Source: an uncultured Flavobacteriaceae bacterium (GTDB lineage Bacteria; Bacteroidota; Bacteroidia; Flavobacteriales; Flavobacteriaceae). Taken from it: a DNA stretch of 64,000 bases. Location: assembly GCA_963848865.1 (NCBI GenBank), contig CAWKFV010000008.1, positions 27,150-91,149 on the forward strand, given 5' to 3'. Shown one piece after another: positions 48,497 to 58,700 of this stretch. The notes under the pieces were generated by a model. That model was not told the origin of the DNA. It searched no databases and saw nothing but the letters and a program-made list of their open reading frames with translations. Position numbers and translations under genes: made by a program. Each line of letters begins with the position of its first letter. The stretch's first letter is position 1.

Positions 48497-49942
48497 TCAC
48501 TGATCAACGAAACCTGGCTCCCTAATTTCGGACCCCTCCATCTCCCTAAGACTATCGCCCAATTCTGACCTCATTTGGTCTGCCAACTTTTTAATTTTAG
48601 CTACCACATCAGGATGTTGACTAGCGACATTATTTGTTTCGCTTATATCGTCTTCAACATTATATAGTTCAATTTCTTCAAGGTCAACCATCTTGTAATT
48701 ACCAGGAATACCGTCCTTACCTGGTTCCTGCCCTTCCATCGTCCTATAGGTATGTGGAAAATACAACTTCCACTTTCCATACCTAACTCCAAATAGTTCA
48801 TTAACCCTATAATAAAAGAAGTACGCTTCCTGTGGGCTTTCCTCTTTATTCCCTTTAAATAATTCCCAAGCACTTTTACCATCAATTTTATTCGAGGAAA
48901 GTTGTGAACCTGTAGCTTCCGCGATTGTAGGTAATATATCTATAGCCATAAGTGGCGTGTTGCTGACCTTACTTTCTGGAATTACTCCAGGATACTTAAT
49001 TAAAAAAGGTTCTCGCTGTCCTCCTTCCCATGCGGTACCTTTACCCTCCCTCAAAGGATAAGCGTTTCCAGCATGGTTGCCGTAGGACAACCAAGGTCCG
49101 TTATCCGAAGTAAAAATAACAATGGTATTCTTCGTTAATCCGTTTACTTCCAAAGCATCTATAATTTCTCCAACGGACCAATCCAATTCCATTATCACGT
49201 CACCATAAAGCCCTCTATTGGATTTTCCTTTAAATTTATCAGATACAAATAAAGGAACATGTGGTTGGGGATGGGGCACATATAAGAAAAAAGGATTGTC
49301 CTTATTACGATTAATGAAATCCACACTACGCTCTGTAATCTGAGTTGTTAACTGAGATTGGTCCATTAATGTATCTATTATGGTTTCATTTTCATACAGC
49401 GGTAAATCAGGAAAATTGAAAATTGTGCCTTGTTGTGGATGATAGGGCCACATATCGTTGGAATAAGGTATTCCAAACCATTCATCAAAACCATGTCTAG
49501 TGGGTAGGAATTTTTTATGGTGCCCTAAATGCCATTTCCCAAAAATTCCCGTTTTATAGCCATTGGCTTTAAGCATTTCCGCCATAGTGAGCTCGGAAGC
49601 GTTAATACCGTTTTTATTATCCGGTCCAAGTGCATTATGTATGCCGATTCTATTTGGATAACAACCTGTCAATATTCCCGCCCGCGATGCAGAACAAACA
49701 GCCTGCGCGGCATAATAACTTTTAAAAATACTCCCCCCCTTGGCCATTTTATCTAAGTTGGGAGTTTCAATATCCTTAGCTCCAAAAACCCCAACATCAT
49801 TATAGCCTTGGTCGTCCGTAAAGATCAAAACCACATTGGGAGGTTGGGTTTCTTCCGAATTAGTTTTTACCCTGGTTTCTTTGCAAGACAGCATTAAAAA
49901 TATCGTAAAAAAAACAATTCCATTAAAATTTAAATATTTCAT
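48497..49942 (-). CDS. Formylglycine-dependent (S1) sulfatase lipoprotein
   Basis: PNVVLIFTDDQGY, CSASRAGILTG, GKWHLG, SDNGPW; likely start ATG 49942. Confidence 0.93.
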   Translation of the reverse strand: MKYLNFNGIVFFTIFLMLSCKETRVKTNSEETQPPNVVLIFTDDQGYNDVGVFGAKDIETPNLDKMAKGGSIFKSYYAAQAVCSASRAGILTGCYPNRIGIHNALGPDNKNGINASELTMAEMLKANGYKTGIFGKWHLGHHKKFLPTRHGFDEWFGIPYSNDMWPYHPQQGTIFNFPDLPLYENETIIDTLMDQSQLTTQITERSVDFINRNKDNPFFLYVPHPQPHVPLFVSDKFKGKSNRGLYGDVIMELDWSVGEIIDALEVNGLTKNTIVIFTSDNGPWLSYGNHAGNAYPLREGKGTAWEGGQREPFLIKYPGVIPESKVSNTPLMAIDILPTIAEATGSQLSSNKIDGKSAWELFKGNKEESPQEAYFFYYRVNELFGVRYGKWKLYFPHTYRTMEGQEPGKDGIPGNYKMVDLEEIELYNVEDDISETNNVASQHPDVVAKIKKLADQMRSELGDSLREMEGSEIREPGFVDQ

Positions 49943-50036
49943 TGATATCTTATAAGTAAAGTCATAGTTAAAATCCTTGTAGGATGCCATGAATATAGTT
50001 AATTTCCAAAGCAAAATTTGAATGAACTAGACTATA

Positions 50037-52850
50037 ATGAAACTTTTTAAGAAAAAGACTAGCCGACAAAACCAAAATGGTTTTGTCTTTTTTTTACCCA
50101 TCCTTATTGTTTGTTTTTTAATTAGCTGCTCACCTGAAAAAAAAGAAAAGGTACAGGATAATGTAGCTGAAGTTATTTCTTCCATGTCCGATTCGCTTCC
50201 GGTTGTTTCCCTACCGGAAGATGCAGACCCTGAGCATGAAGATTGGAAAGGAGCAGATTTGGAGCCCAAGGAACCAGTACTCCCATTATATCCCGATGAA
50301 GAGGCTAAAAAGTTTTTATTACCGGAAGGCTACCATATTGAACCAATTCTCACCGAACCACAAATACAGCAACCCGGGGCGATTTCATTCGACGGCAATG
50401 GTCGTATGTTCGTCTTGGAACTGCGCACCTATATGCTCACTGCCGATTCTGATGGAACTTTGGAACCAACCAGTAGGATCTCAAGATGGGAGGACGTCGA
50501 TAATGACGGTGTTTATGAAAAGGGAACGGTCTTCGTAGACAGTCTTATTTTTCCACGATTTGTACTACCCTATGGCAAGGATGCCGTACTGACCATGAAT
50601 TCCGATGAAGACAATGTGTATAAGTTCACCGATACCGATGGAGACGGCAAAGCTGATAAAAAAGAGCTTTTCACTACCAATTATGGACGTTCTGGCAATG
50701 TGGAACACCAACAGGCCTTTATGTATTACAATATGGACAATTGGCTCTACAGTACCTATAATGCTTTTCGTGTGAGGGAAACACCAACAGGGGTCATCCG
50801 CGAGAATACGGGGTATAACCGTGCACAATGGGGCGTAACACACGATGATGATGGAAAGGTTTGGTTTTTGGGAGGCGCAAGTGGCCTACCATCCCAATTT
50901 CAACAACCCGTACATTATGGTAATTTTGATTATGAGGATACTGACAATTATGCCGAAGGTTTTGAAGAACCGTGGGGTGCACCTGTTTTGATAGGTGACC
51001 TGCAAGAAGGTATGGACCGTGTACGGGAAAATAACGGAGGACCCAAACGGGTTACAGGAGCAGCTGGAAATGATATTTATCGTGGTGATCGATTGCCAAA
51101 GGACCTATATGGACAGTTATTCTATGGGGAACCTGTAGCCCGTATCGTGCGTCAGGTAAATCCTGTGGTCAATGAAGGAATAACGACCTTGCAAAATGTA
51201 TTTCAAGATCAAAAGTCGGAGTTTTTGAGATCGACGGACCCCTTGTTCCGTCCGGTGGATATGACCACTGCACCCGATGGCACCATGTATATTACCGATA
51301 TGTACCATGGCATTATACAGGAAGGCCAGTGGGCGCAAAAAGGCACCTATCTTCGTACCAAAATTGAGCAGTATCAACTGGATAAGGTAATTGGACTCGG
51401 CCGAATCTGGCGTATTACCCACGATAGCAAGGAACGGGACAAGACCAAACCGAATATGCTCAATGAAACACCGGCCCAAGTTGTAAAGCACTTGGAACAC
51501 CCAAATGGTTGGTGGCGAGACAAGGCACAACAGTTGATCGTATTGTCACAGGATAGGAGTATCGTTCCAGAACTTGAAGCCATGGTTAATAAAAGCGATA
51601 ATACATTGGCCCGTTTCCATGCCTTGTGGTGCTTGGAGGGTCTGGGTTCGTTGAAAGGGAATATGGTTAAAAAATTAATGGACGACCCCAATCCCAGAAT
51701 GCGTATTCAGGCCATGCGTGCGGGGGAAACGTTATATAAGTCGGGTAAAAGATCGCTTGGAGACGATTATTTAAAGTTACTTGAGGATAAAAATGCGGAT
51801 GTGGCCTTACAGGCCGTTTTGTCCGGACACATCCTTGAAGTCCCATCCTTCGACATTGCCCTCAAAAAATTACTCAAGTCGAATTCGGCCAAAGGAATAC
51901 AGACCATTGGTACACAGATATTAGAACCAAAAGAAGCTAAAAATTGGTGGGAAGTTGGCAATAATCAGCTCACTGACGCGCAGAAAAACTCCTTGGAAAA
52001 AGGAAAGGTCATCTTCAACGAACTCTGTGTCCAATGTCATGGAAACGATGGCACAGGAACACCGGTTGGAAATGGTTTGGTCATGGCACCGGCCTTGAGC
52101 GGTTCTAACCGGGTACAATCGCACCCAGAATATGTCATTAAAACGGTGATGCACGGACTGGAAGGCCCATTGGATGGAAAAACCTACCCAGCGGGTATTA
52201 TGGTAGGTAACAAAGAACAATCCGATGATTGGATTGCGTCCATTGTATCCTACATCCGAACCAATTTATCCAATGAAGCCACCTTGGTATCCGCGGAGGA
52301 TGTCCATAATGTTAGGACCAAAACAGAGGAGCGCAACATGCCTTATGTATATGATGAGTTAATGACATCGGTTCCGCAACTCCTGGTGCCAAGCGAAGAT
52401 TGGACTATTACGGCAAGCCATTCCGTACCCACACGAATTGGTGGCCGGGCCTCCCCTACCAGTGCGTTTAATTTTGAGGGATGGAGTACTGGAGGTAATC
52501 AGGAAGAGGGTATGTGGTTTCAAATAGAGTTCCCGGAAACCATGAGCGTCTCTGAAATTCACTATAACGCAACCCCCATATCCAGGGGTTGGCGTCCAGG
52601 ATCACCACCGCCACTTCATACCTTCCCGCGTAGCTATAGATTAGAAACCTCCATGGATGGAAGTTCTTGGAAAGAAATCGAAAAAGGCGAAGGAGAACAG
52701 GCAGATGTTTCCCTGATTTTCGACCCCGTTGAGGCCAAGTTTATTCGTATGAGCTTAACGAAAAACTTTGGTCCGCAAGAGGACCGTGAAATACCATGGT
52801 CCATGCGACAAATGAAGATTTATGGAGTATCAAAAAAAACTGTATTATAA
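50037..52850 (+). CDS. PVC-type heme-binding dehydrogenase-like lipoprotein (beta-propeller, HEAT repeats, cytochrome c, discoidin)
   Basis: FLLPEGYHIE, FRPVDMTTAPDG, HEAT-like helices, CVQCH heme motif, C-terminal F5/8-type WFQIEF..ARFIR-like segment. Confidence 0.8.
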   Translation: MKLFKKKTSRQNQNGFVFFLPILIVCFLISCSPEKKEKVQDNVAEVISSMSDSLPVVSLPEDADPEHEDWKGADLEPKEPVLPLYPDEEAKKFLLPEGYHIEPILTEPQIQQPGAISFDGNGRMFVLELRTYMLTADSDGTLEPTSRISRWEDVDNDGVYEKGTVFVDSLIFPRFVLPYGKDAVLTMNSDEDNVYKFTDTDGDGKADKKELFTTNYGRSGNVEHQQAFMYYNMDNWLYSTYNAFRVRETPTGVIRENTGYNRAQWGVTHDDDGKVWFLGGASGLPSQFQQPVHYGNFDYEDTDNYAEGFEEPWGAPVLIGDLQEGMDRVRENNGGPKRVTGAAGNDIYRGDRLPKDLYGQLFYGEPVARIVRQVNPVVNEGITTLQNVFQDQKSEFLRSTDPLFRPVDMTTAPDGTMYITDMYHGIIQEGQWAQKGTYLRTKIEQYQLDKVIGLGRIWRITHDSKERDKTKPNMLNETPAQVVKHLEHPNGWWRDKAQQLIVLSQDRSIVPELEAMVNKSDNTLARFHALWCLEGLGSLKGNMVKKLMDDPNPRMRIQAMRAGETLYKSGKRSLGDDYLKLLEDKNADVALQAVLSGHILEVPSFDIALKKLLKSNSAKGIQTIGTQILEPKEAKNWWEVGNNQLTDAQKNSLEKGKVIFNELCVQCHGNDGTGTPVGNGLVMAPALSGSNRVQSHPEYVIKTVMHGLEGPLDGKTYPAGIMVGNKEQSDDWIASIVSYIRTNLSNEATLVSAEDVHNVRTKTEERNMPYVYDELMTSVPQLLVPSEDWTITASHSVPTRIGGRASPTSAFNFEGWSTGGNQEEGMWFQIEFPETMSVSEIHYNATPISRGWRPGSPPPLHTFPRSYRLETSMDGSSWKEIEKGEGEQADVSLIFDPVEAKFIRMSLTKNFGPQEDREIPWSMRQMKIYGVSKKTVL

Positions 52851-52859
52851 ATAACATAA

Positions 52860-53524
52860 AACATGTAGTTTACAGACGAAATTTCATATCGAGTTCCGCC
52901 GCTTTAGCCATTGGGACAACACTTATAGGTCCAAATATTTTTGGCAGAAATAGGTTGCCGAATTCACCTGTCCCAAACTCTAAAATAAAAGGGGTGCAAA
53001 TTGGAGTAATTACGTATTCCTTTAGAAGTATGCCTGACCAAAGTGCAGAAGCTACGCTGCAATATGTATTGGATTCGGGCATTAACGCCATTGAATTAAT
53101 GGGAGATCCAGCCGAATCCATTGCTGGAAAACATGATATCTATGTTGCCTATCACGGACACACCCAACAAACGCCAACTTTTTGGGGTACGGTCCTGAAG
53201 CAATCCAAATACAACGCGCTCAACTTGGATTTAGGTCATTTTGTAGCAGCAGGTAATGAAGCTCCGCTTGAAATTATGAAGGAAAAACATGACCATATCA
53301 AGAGTATGTATGTAAAGGATAGACAAACGCCGGAACATGGCCAAGGTAATGTCGTGTGGGGCGAGGGAGACACTCCGCTGGCAGAAGCACTTCAATTGAT
53401 GCGCGATAATGGATATTCCTTTCCGGCCACAATAGAATTGGAATACGATATTCCTGAAGGTTCCGATGCCATTGGGGAGGTAAAGAAATGCTTGGCATTT
53501 GCCAAAGAAGCATTGGAAGGTTAA
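52860..53524 (+). pseudogene. Tat-type sugar-phosphate isomerase/epimerase TIM barrel, apparently internally deleted
   Basis: RRNFI Tat motif and GVQIGVITYSFR; ELMGDPAE runs almost directly into YVAYHGH, LDLGHF and TIELEY. No clear in-frame ATG lies just before the Tat motif. Confidence 0.55.
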
Positions 53525-54048
53525 GAAAGATACAAATCGACCAAACCCTCTGGTGTAGCGACTTCAATTACTTTTTTATCCCGGTCAAGTTGAACTATAA
53601 TGTTGTCATTAATAGGAATCAACAACTGTTTATCACCTTTTAAAACTTCAAAAAGTGCCTGTGCCGTTGTGTCATTTATACTTTGAATGATACCAATATC
53701 TCCATGGACTTTATCAATCATGGTAAAGCCGATAACTTCATGAAAATAAAATTTATTACCTGATAGCTTTGGAAGCATGGATAAGGGCAAATAGAGTGCA
53801 GACCCCATAATCCGGTCGGCGTCAGATTCGCTTTTCACTTCTTCAAAATCGATACGAAGTAAGTTTGATTTATGTAATCGACATCTATCAATAAAAAATG
53901 GAACCAGATTGTTTCCTAAAGAAACAAAAACCGATTCCATATTTTCGTAAAGTTCCGGGTCGTCCGTGTCCAACTTAACAAGGACCTCTCCCTTAAAACT
54001 ATATTTTGAAACGATTTTACCTAGGTAGAAACAATCTTCCTTACGCAT
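53521..54048 (-). CDS. rimM: Ribosome maturation factor RimM
   Basis: LGKIVSKYSFKGEV, FYFHEVIG, LLIP, PEGLVDLY; downstream of rpsP. Confidence 0.95.
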   Translation of the reverse strand: MRKEDCFYLGKIVSKYSFKGEVLVKLDTDDPELYENMESVFVSLGNNLVPFFIDRCRLHKSNLLRIDFEEVKSESDADRIMGSALYLPLSMLPKLSGNKFYFHEVIGFTMIDKVHGDIGIIQSINDTTAQALFEVLKGDKQLLIPINDNIIVQLDRDKKVIEVATPEGLVDLYLS

Positions 54049-54065
54049 TCGTTCCAAATTTATGA

Positions 54066-54779
54066 TTATTCTTCCTCCCCGGTCTTGGCAGGTTTTACTT
54101 CTTTATCACTATTTTCTATAACTTCTTCAACAGAAGGAGCTTCTTTCATTTCCTCGTTCGCTTCTACAACCTCTTCCTCTACTACTGGAGCAACAGGAGT
54201 TGTATCTGCGTTTTCTGCATCTGGTTGAGGAGTTTCAGGTGTTTCAACAACGGCTTCAGGAGCAGGTGCCTCTTCCAAAGCTTCTACCTCTTCTCCAGCA
54301 CTTTCTCCCTCAGGAGTTTCTGGTAAGGCAGCCGCTGCTGCTTCTGCAGCTCGTTTTTCATTTACCTCTTTTTCAGCAGCCAGTGCTTGCGCTTTGGCCT
54401 CTTCCTTCGCTTTGTCCAAACCACCCACTTTCGCGGCTATGGCTGCTTCCTTCTCTTCCAACCAAGCATTGAATTTTTCTTCTGCTTGCTCCTCTGTAAA
54501 GGCCCCTTTACGAACACCTCCTAATAAATGATGTTTTAACAATACACCTTTATAAGATAAAATTGCTTTTGCCGTATCCGTTGGTTGCGCACCGTTCTGT
54601 AGCCATTGTACGGAACTGTCCACGTTTAATTCTATTGTTGCGGGATTTGTATTAGGATTGTAAATCCCTAATTTTTCCAAGAATTTACCATCTCTTTTAG
54701 CCCGTGCATCCGCTGCAACTACCCAATAAAATGGTTTTCCTTTTTTTCCGTGTCTCTGTAATCTAATTTTTACTGGCAT
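54066..54779 (-). CDS. rpsP: 30S ribosomal protein S16 with long acidic tail
   Basis: [38 protein letters not shown]. Confidence 0.97.
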   Translation of the reverse strand: MPVKIRLQRHGKKGKPFYWVVAADARAKRDGKFLEKLGIYNPNTNPATIELNVDSSVQWLQNGAQPTDTAKAILSYKGVLLKHHLLGGVRKGAFTEEQAEEKFNAWLEEKEAAIAAKVGGLDKAKEEAKAQALAAEKEVNEKRAAEAAAAALPETPEGESAGEEVEALEEAPAPEAVVETPETPQPDAENADTTPVAPVVEEEVVEANEEMKEAPSVEEVIENSDKEVKPAKTGEEE

Positions 54780-54873
54780 ATCACATTAATTTGTAGGGTG
54801 CCCGACCCTGATTATTAATTCTTTTTGTTTACGCTAAAGACCCGTAGGCCATCCAAAAGCGGGTGCAAATATA
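54780..54873 (-). promoter_or_regulatory. rpsP promoter (-7 TATATTTG) and structured 5' leader
   Basis: Minus-strand TATATTTGCACCC at 54873-54861; hairpin AGGGT-CGGGC-ACCCT about 15 nt before the ATG. Confidence 0.6.
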
Positions 54874-55074
54874 AATCAATAAATCTTATACTGCAATGTA
54901 TTTTTAACCATATTGAACTTTTAGCTGTTAAAAGCTTTAACCTTTGGTCTGCTCCACCGTTAAAACCATGCTAAACCCCCGTAAATACTTGTGTTTCCCA
55001 GATATTCTTATATCTTAAATAGTGTAGTTATTGAAAGGCAATAATACATATGAATTTAAAATGATAAGAGATAA

Positions 55075-55529
55075 ATGAAGTATTCAGAAAAAATTTCAAA
55101 TAAATTAAACGAATTATTAACACGTACATATGATGCTGAAAAGGGATATAAAGAAGCTGCCGAAAAGGTAGAAAATCCCACCATCAAAAAGTTCTTTGAA
55201 GAAAGAGCTCAGGAAAGATATAATTTTGGACATGAGCTTAAAACGGAAATAAAGGCCTTTGGACAAGAACCCGATAAAGGCGGAAGTTTTAAAGGAACAT
55301 TGCATAGAAACTGGATGAATTTAAAATCCTTCTTCAATTCTAACGACGAAGAAGCTATGTTAAACGAAGTTGAAAGAGGTGAAAAAGAAGCAATTGAAAC
55401 ATACAGTGATATCTTGAACGATAAAGATTCTGTATTACCTCCATCAACTGAAACCTTCTAATGAAGCAGCGTAAAATGATAAGGGAAGCCTTGGAAAGAG
55501 CAGATTTCTTTGAAACAGCGGTATCCTAA
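55075..55529 (+). CDS. PA2169/DUF2383 ferritin-like four-helix bundle protein (one-base frameshift near 55451)
   Basis: LNELLTRTYDAEKGY, LHRNWM, ERGE. Adding one A at GAAACC restores ENLLMKQRKMIREALERADFFETAVS-stop. Confidence 0.85.
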
Positions 55530-55551
55530 TACAGTAACATAATAAATTTGA

Positions 55552-55583
55552 AAGCCTTGGCATTTAGTCAAGGCTTTTTTTTT
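55552..55583 (+). terminator. Intrinsic terminator
   Basis: AAAGCCTTGG-CATTTAG-TCAAGGCTTTTTTTT. Confidence 0.8.
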
Positions 55584-55706
55584 GTAGTTGATAAATACTA
55601 ATAATTCAATTTTAGCTAACCACCCTTTTTGGGTAATTTTATCTGTTTTATTTTCAAAGGTGTTTTTATAAAGCGGAAAGCACAAAAATCAATAGTCATT
55701 TAGCCT

Positions 55707-58700
55707 ATGTACCTCATTTTCGACACCGAAACTACTGGACTTCCCAAAAACTGGAATGCCCCAATAACAGACACCGACAATTGGCCCCGTTGTATCCAGA
55801 TTGCCTGGCAACTGCACGATGACATGGGGAATCTTTTGGATCAACAGGATTATTTGGTAAAACCAGAGGGGTTTAATATTCCGTTTGATGCTGAGAAAAT
55901 CCATGGTATTTCTACCGAGCTGGCCGAGAAGAAAGGTGTTCCGCTACCCGAAGTTTTGGAAAAATTCAATACGGCCATGTCCAAGACCAAGTTCATAGTT
56001 GGACAAAATGTAGGATTTGATCTGAATATCATGGGTGCCGAGTTTCACCGTATGGGTGTCGAAAATCCATTACAGGAATTGCCCGTTCTGGATACTTGTA
56101 CCGAACATACGGCACAGTTATGTCAAATTCCCGGTGGCCGTGGAGGAAAATTTAAACTGCCCACACTAACGGAGCTTCACGAGTATTTGTTCAAGGAACC
56201 TTTTGCAGAGGCACACAATGCAACTGCAGACGTAGAGGCAACCACACGATGTTTTCTGGAGCTGGTGCGGCTTAAGCAATATACCGCGGAGCAACTGGAT
56301 GTACAACCAGATTATTTTGAGAATTTCTCAGAGACAAACCCACAGGAGATTCAACTCATCGGTCTTAAACATATCAACCTAAAAAAAGTCTCTAAAAAAA
56401 TTGCTGATGCTCTTTGGGAAAAAGATACTGGTGGGATTTCCAAAGAAGAAATTAAGGAGAACGAAAAAACGCTTGAGGAAGCCACTTTTGTACACCTCCA
56501 TAATCACAGTCAGTTTTCTGTACTACAATCTACCATTGCCGTATCGGATTTGGTAAAAGCCGCAGCCGATTTTCAAATGCCGGCCGTTGCCATAACGGAT
56601 CATGCCAATATGATGGGAGCATTTCATTTTGTAAAGGCGGTAAAGGCGCATAATGCCACGGTAGCGCAAAAGAATGCGGAAGCGACCGAAAAAGGCGAAG
56701 AAACCAACTCAAGAGAAATAAAACCGATTATTGGTTGCGAGTTTTTTGTTTGCGAGGACCATACCAATAAAAGTGTTAAGGACTACGGCTATCAAATCGT
56801 GTTATTGGCCAAGAACAAAAAAGGCTACCATAATTTGGCTAAAATGTCCTCCATTGCCTATACGGACGGATTCTACTACGTACCCCGTATCGATAAAAAA
56901 ATAATCCAACAATATAAGGAAGACATTATAGTACTCACTGGAAATCTCTATGGCGAAGTTCCAGGGAAGGTTTTGAACGTGGGAGAAAATCAAGCGGAAG
57001 AAGCATTATTGTGGTGGAAAGAACAATTTGGAGACGACCTGTATATGGAAATTATACGGCACGGACAGGAGGATGAGGACCGGGTAAACCAAGTATTGAT
57101 TGATTTTGCCCGCAAACATCAGGTAAAAATGGTGGCGACCAACAATACCTATTATTGCGCCAAAGAGGACGCTGACGCCCACGATATTCTATTATGCGTA
57201 AAGGACGGGGAAAAACAGTCCACCCCTATTGGAAGGGGACGTGGCTATAGGTACGGGTTACCCAATCAAGAATACTATTTCAAGTCCCAGGACGAGATGC
57301 GGGAACTCTTTAAGGACCTTCCAGATGCCATTCTGAACCTTACTGAAATCATTGATAAAATTGAACCTTTTGAACTGGCGCGGGATGTACTCTTACCAAA
57401 ATTTAATATTCCAACGGAGTTCAAAGTTCCCGAAGATGAGGCTGATGGTGGCAAGCGAGGTGAAAATGCCTACTTGAGGCACATCACTTATGAAGGTGCC
57501 AAAAAGCGATATTCAGAAATTACTCCGGAAATTAAAGAGCGAATTGATTTTGAACTTGGACACCATTAAAAATTCCGGTTATCCTGGTTACTTTTTAATT
57601 GTAGAGGATTTTATACGCGAAGCCAGAAATATGGATGTTTCCGTAGGTCCCGGTCGCGGTTCTGCAGCCGGTTCCGTTGTGGCCTACTGTCTAAAGATTA
57701 CAAATATAGACCCGCTTAAATACGATTTGCTATTTGAGCGATTCTTAAATCCGGATAGGGTATCCATGCCTGATATTGATATCGATTTTGATGATGAAGG
57801 ACGGGGTCGAGTGATGGATTATGTTATAAAAAAATATGGAGCCAATCAAGTAGCGCAAATCATCACTTACGGTACCATGGCCGCAAAGTCTTCCATTAGG
57901 GATACGGCGCGCGTGTTGGATCTTCCTTTAGGTGATGCGGACAGGATTGCGAAGTTGATTCCCACCATGTCCAAACTAGGAAAGATTTTTGGACAGTCCG
58001 ATGCCGATTTAAAGAAGAAATTCCGTGCCGAGGACTATGAAAAGGTAAATCAGCTACTCAATATACATGACGGTGATGACCTAGAAGGGCAGACCTTAAA
58101 AATGGCCAGGACCTTGGAAGGTTCTGTGCGGAATACGGGTATTCATGCTTGTGGCGTAATCATCACACCTAGTGATATTACCGATTTTGTGCCCGTTGCC
58201 ACTGCAAAAGATTCCGATTTATACGTTACTCAGTTTGACAACTCTGTGGTAGAAAGTGCCGGGTTGTTGAAGATGGACTTCCTTGGGCTAAAAACCCTTA
58301 CGTTGATCAAGGACACCGTAAAAATTGTTAAGGCAAAACATGGTATCGATTTAGTGCCAGATGATTTTCCTTTGGACGACGAGAAAACTTACGAACTCTT
58401 TCAACGTGGAGAAACGGTTGGGGTTTTCCAATATGAATCCCCGGGAATGCAAAAGCATATGAAGGACCTGAAGCCTACCGTGTTTGATGACCTCATCGCC
58501 ATGAACGCTTTGTATAGGCCGGGGCCAATGGAATATATACCCAGCTTTATCGCCCGTAAACACGGCACGGAAAAGATTAGCTATGACCTTCCCGATATGG
58601 AAGAGTACCTGAAAGAAACCTATGGTATTACGGTATATCAAGAGCAGGTGATGCTTCTTTCCCAAAAGCTGGCAGGATTCTCCAAAGGTGATGCCGATGT

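Noticed and set aside
54900-54980. TAAC/TAAA repeats upstream of the PA2169-family gene as a second Pho box
   Set aside because: The periodicity is incomplete and the motif is too short in AT-rich DNA to support.
57540-57570. Programmed frameshift or split intein in dnaE
   Set aside because: No slippery sequence or intein terminal motifs are present, and five other single-base indels in the window point to sequencing error.
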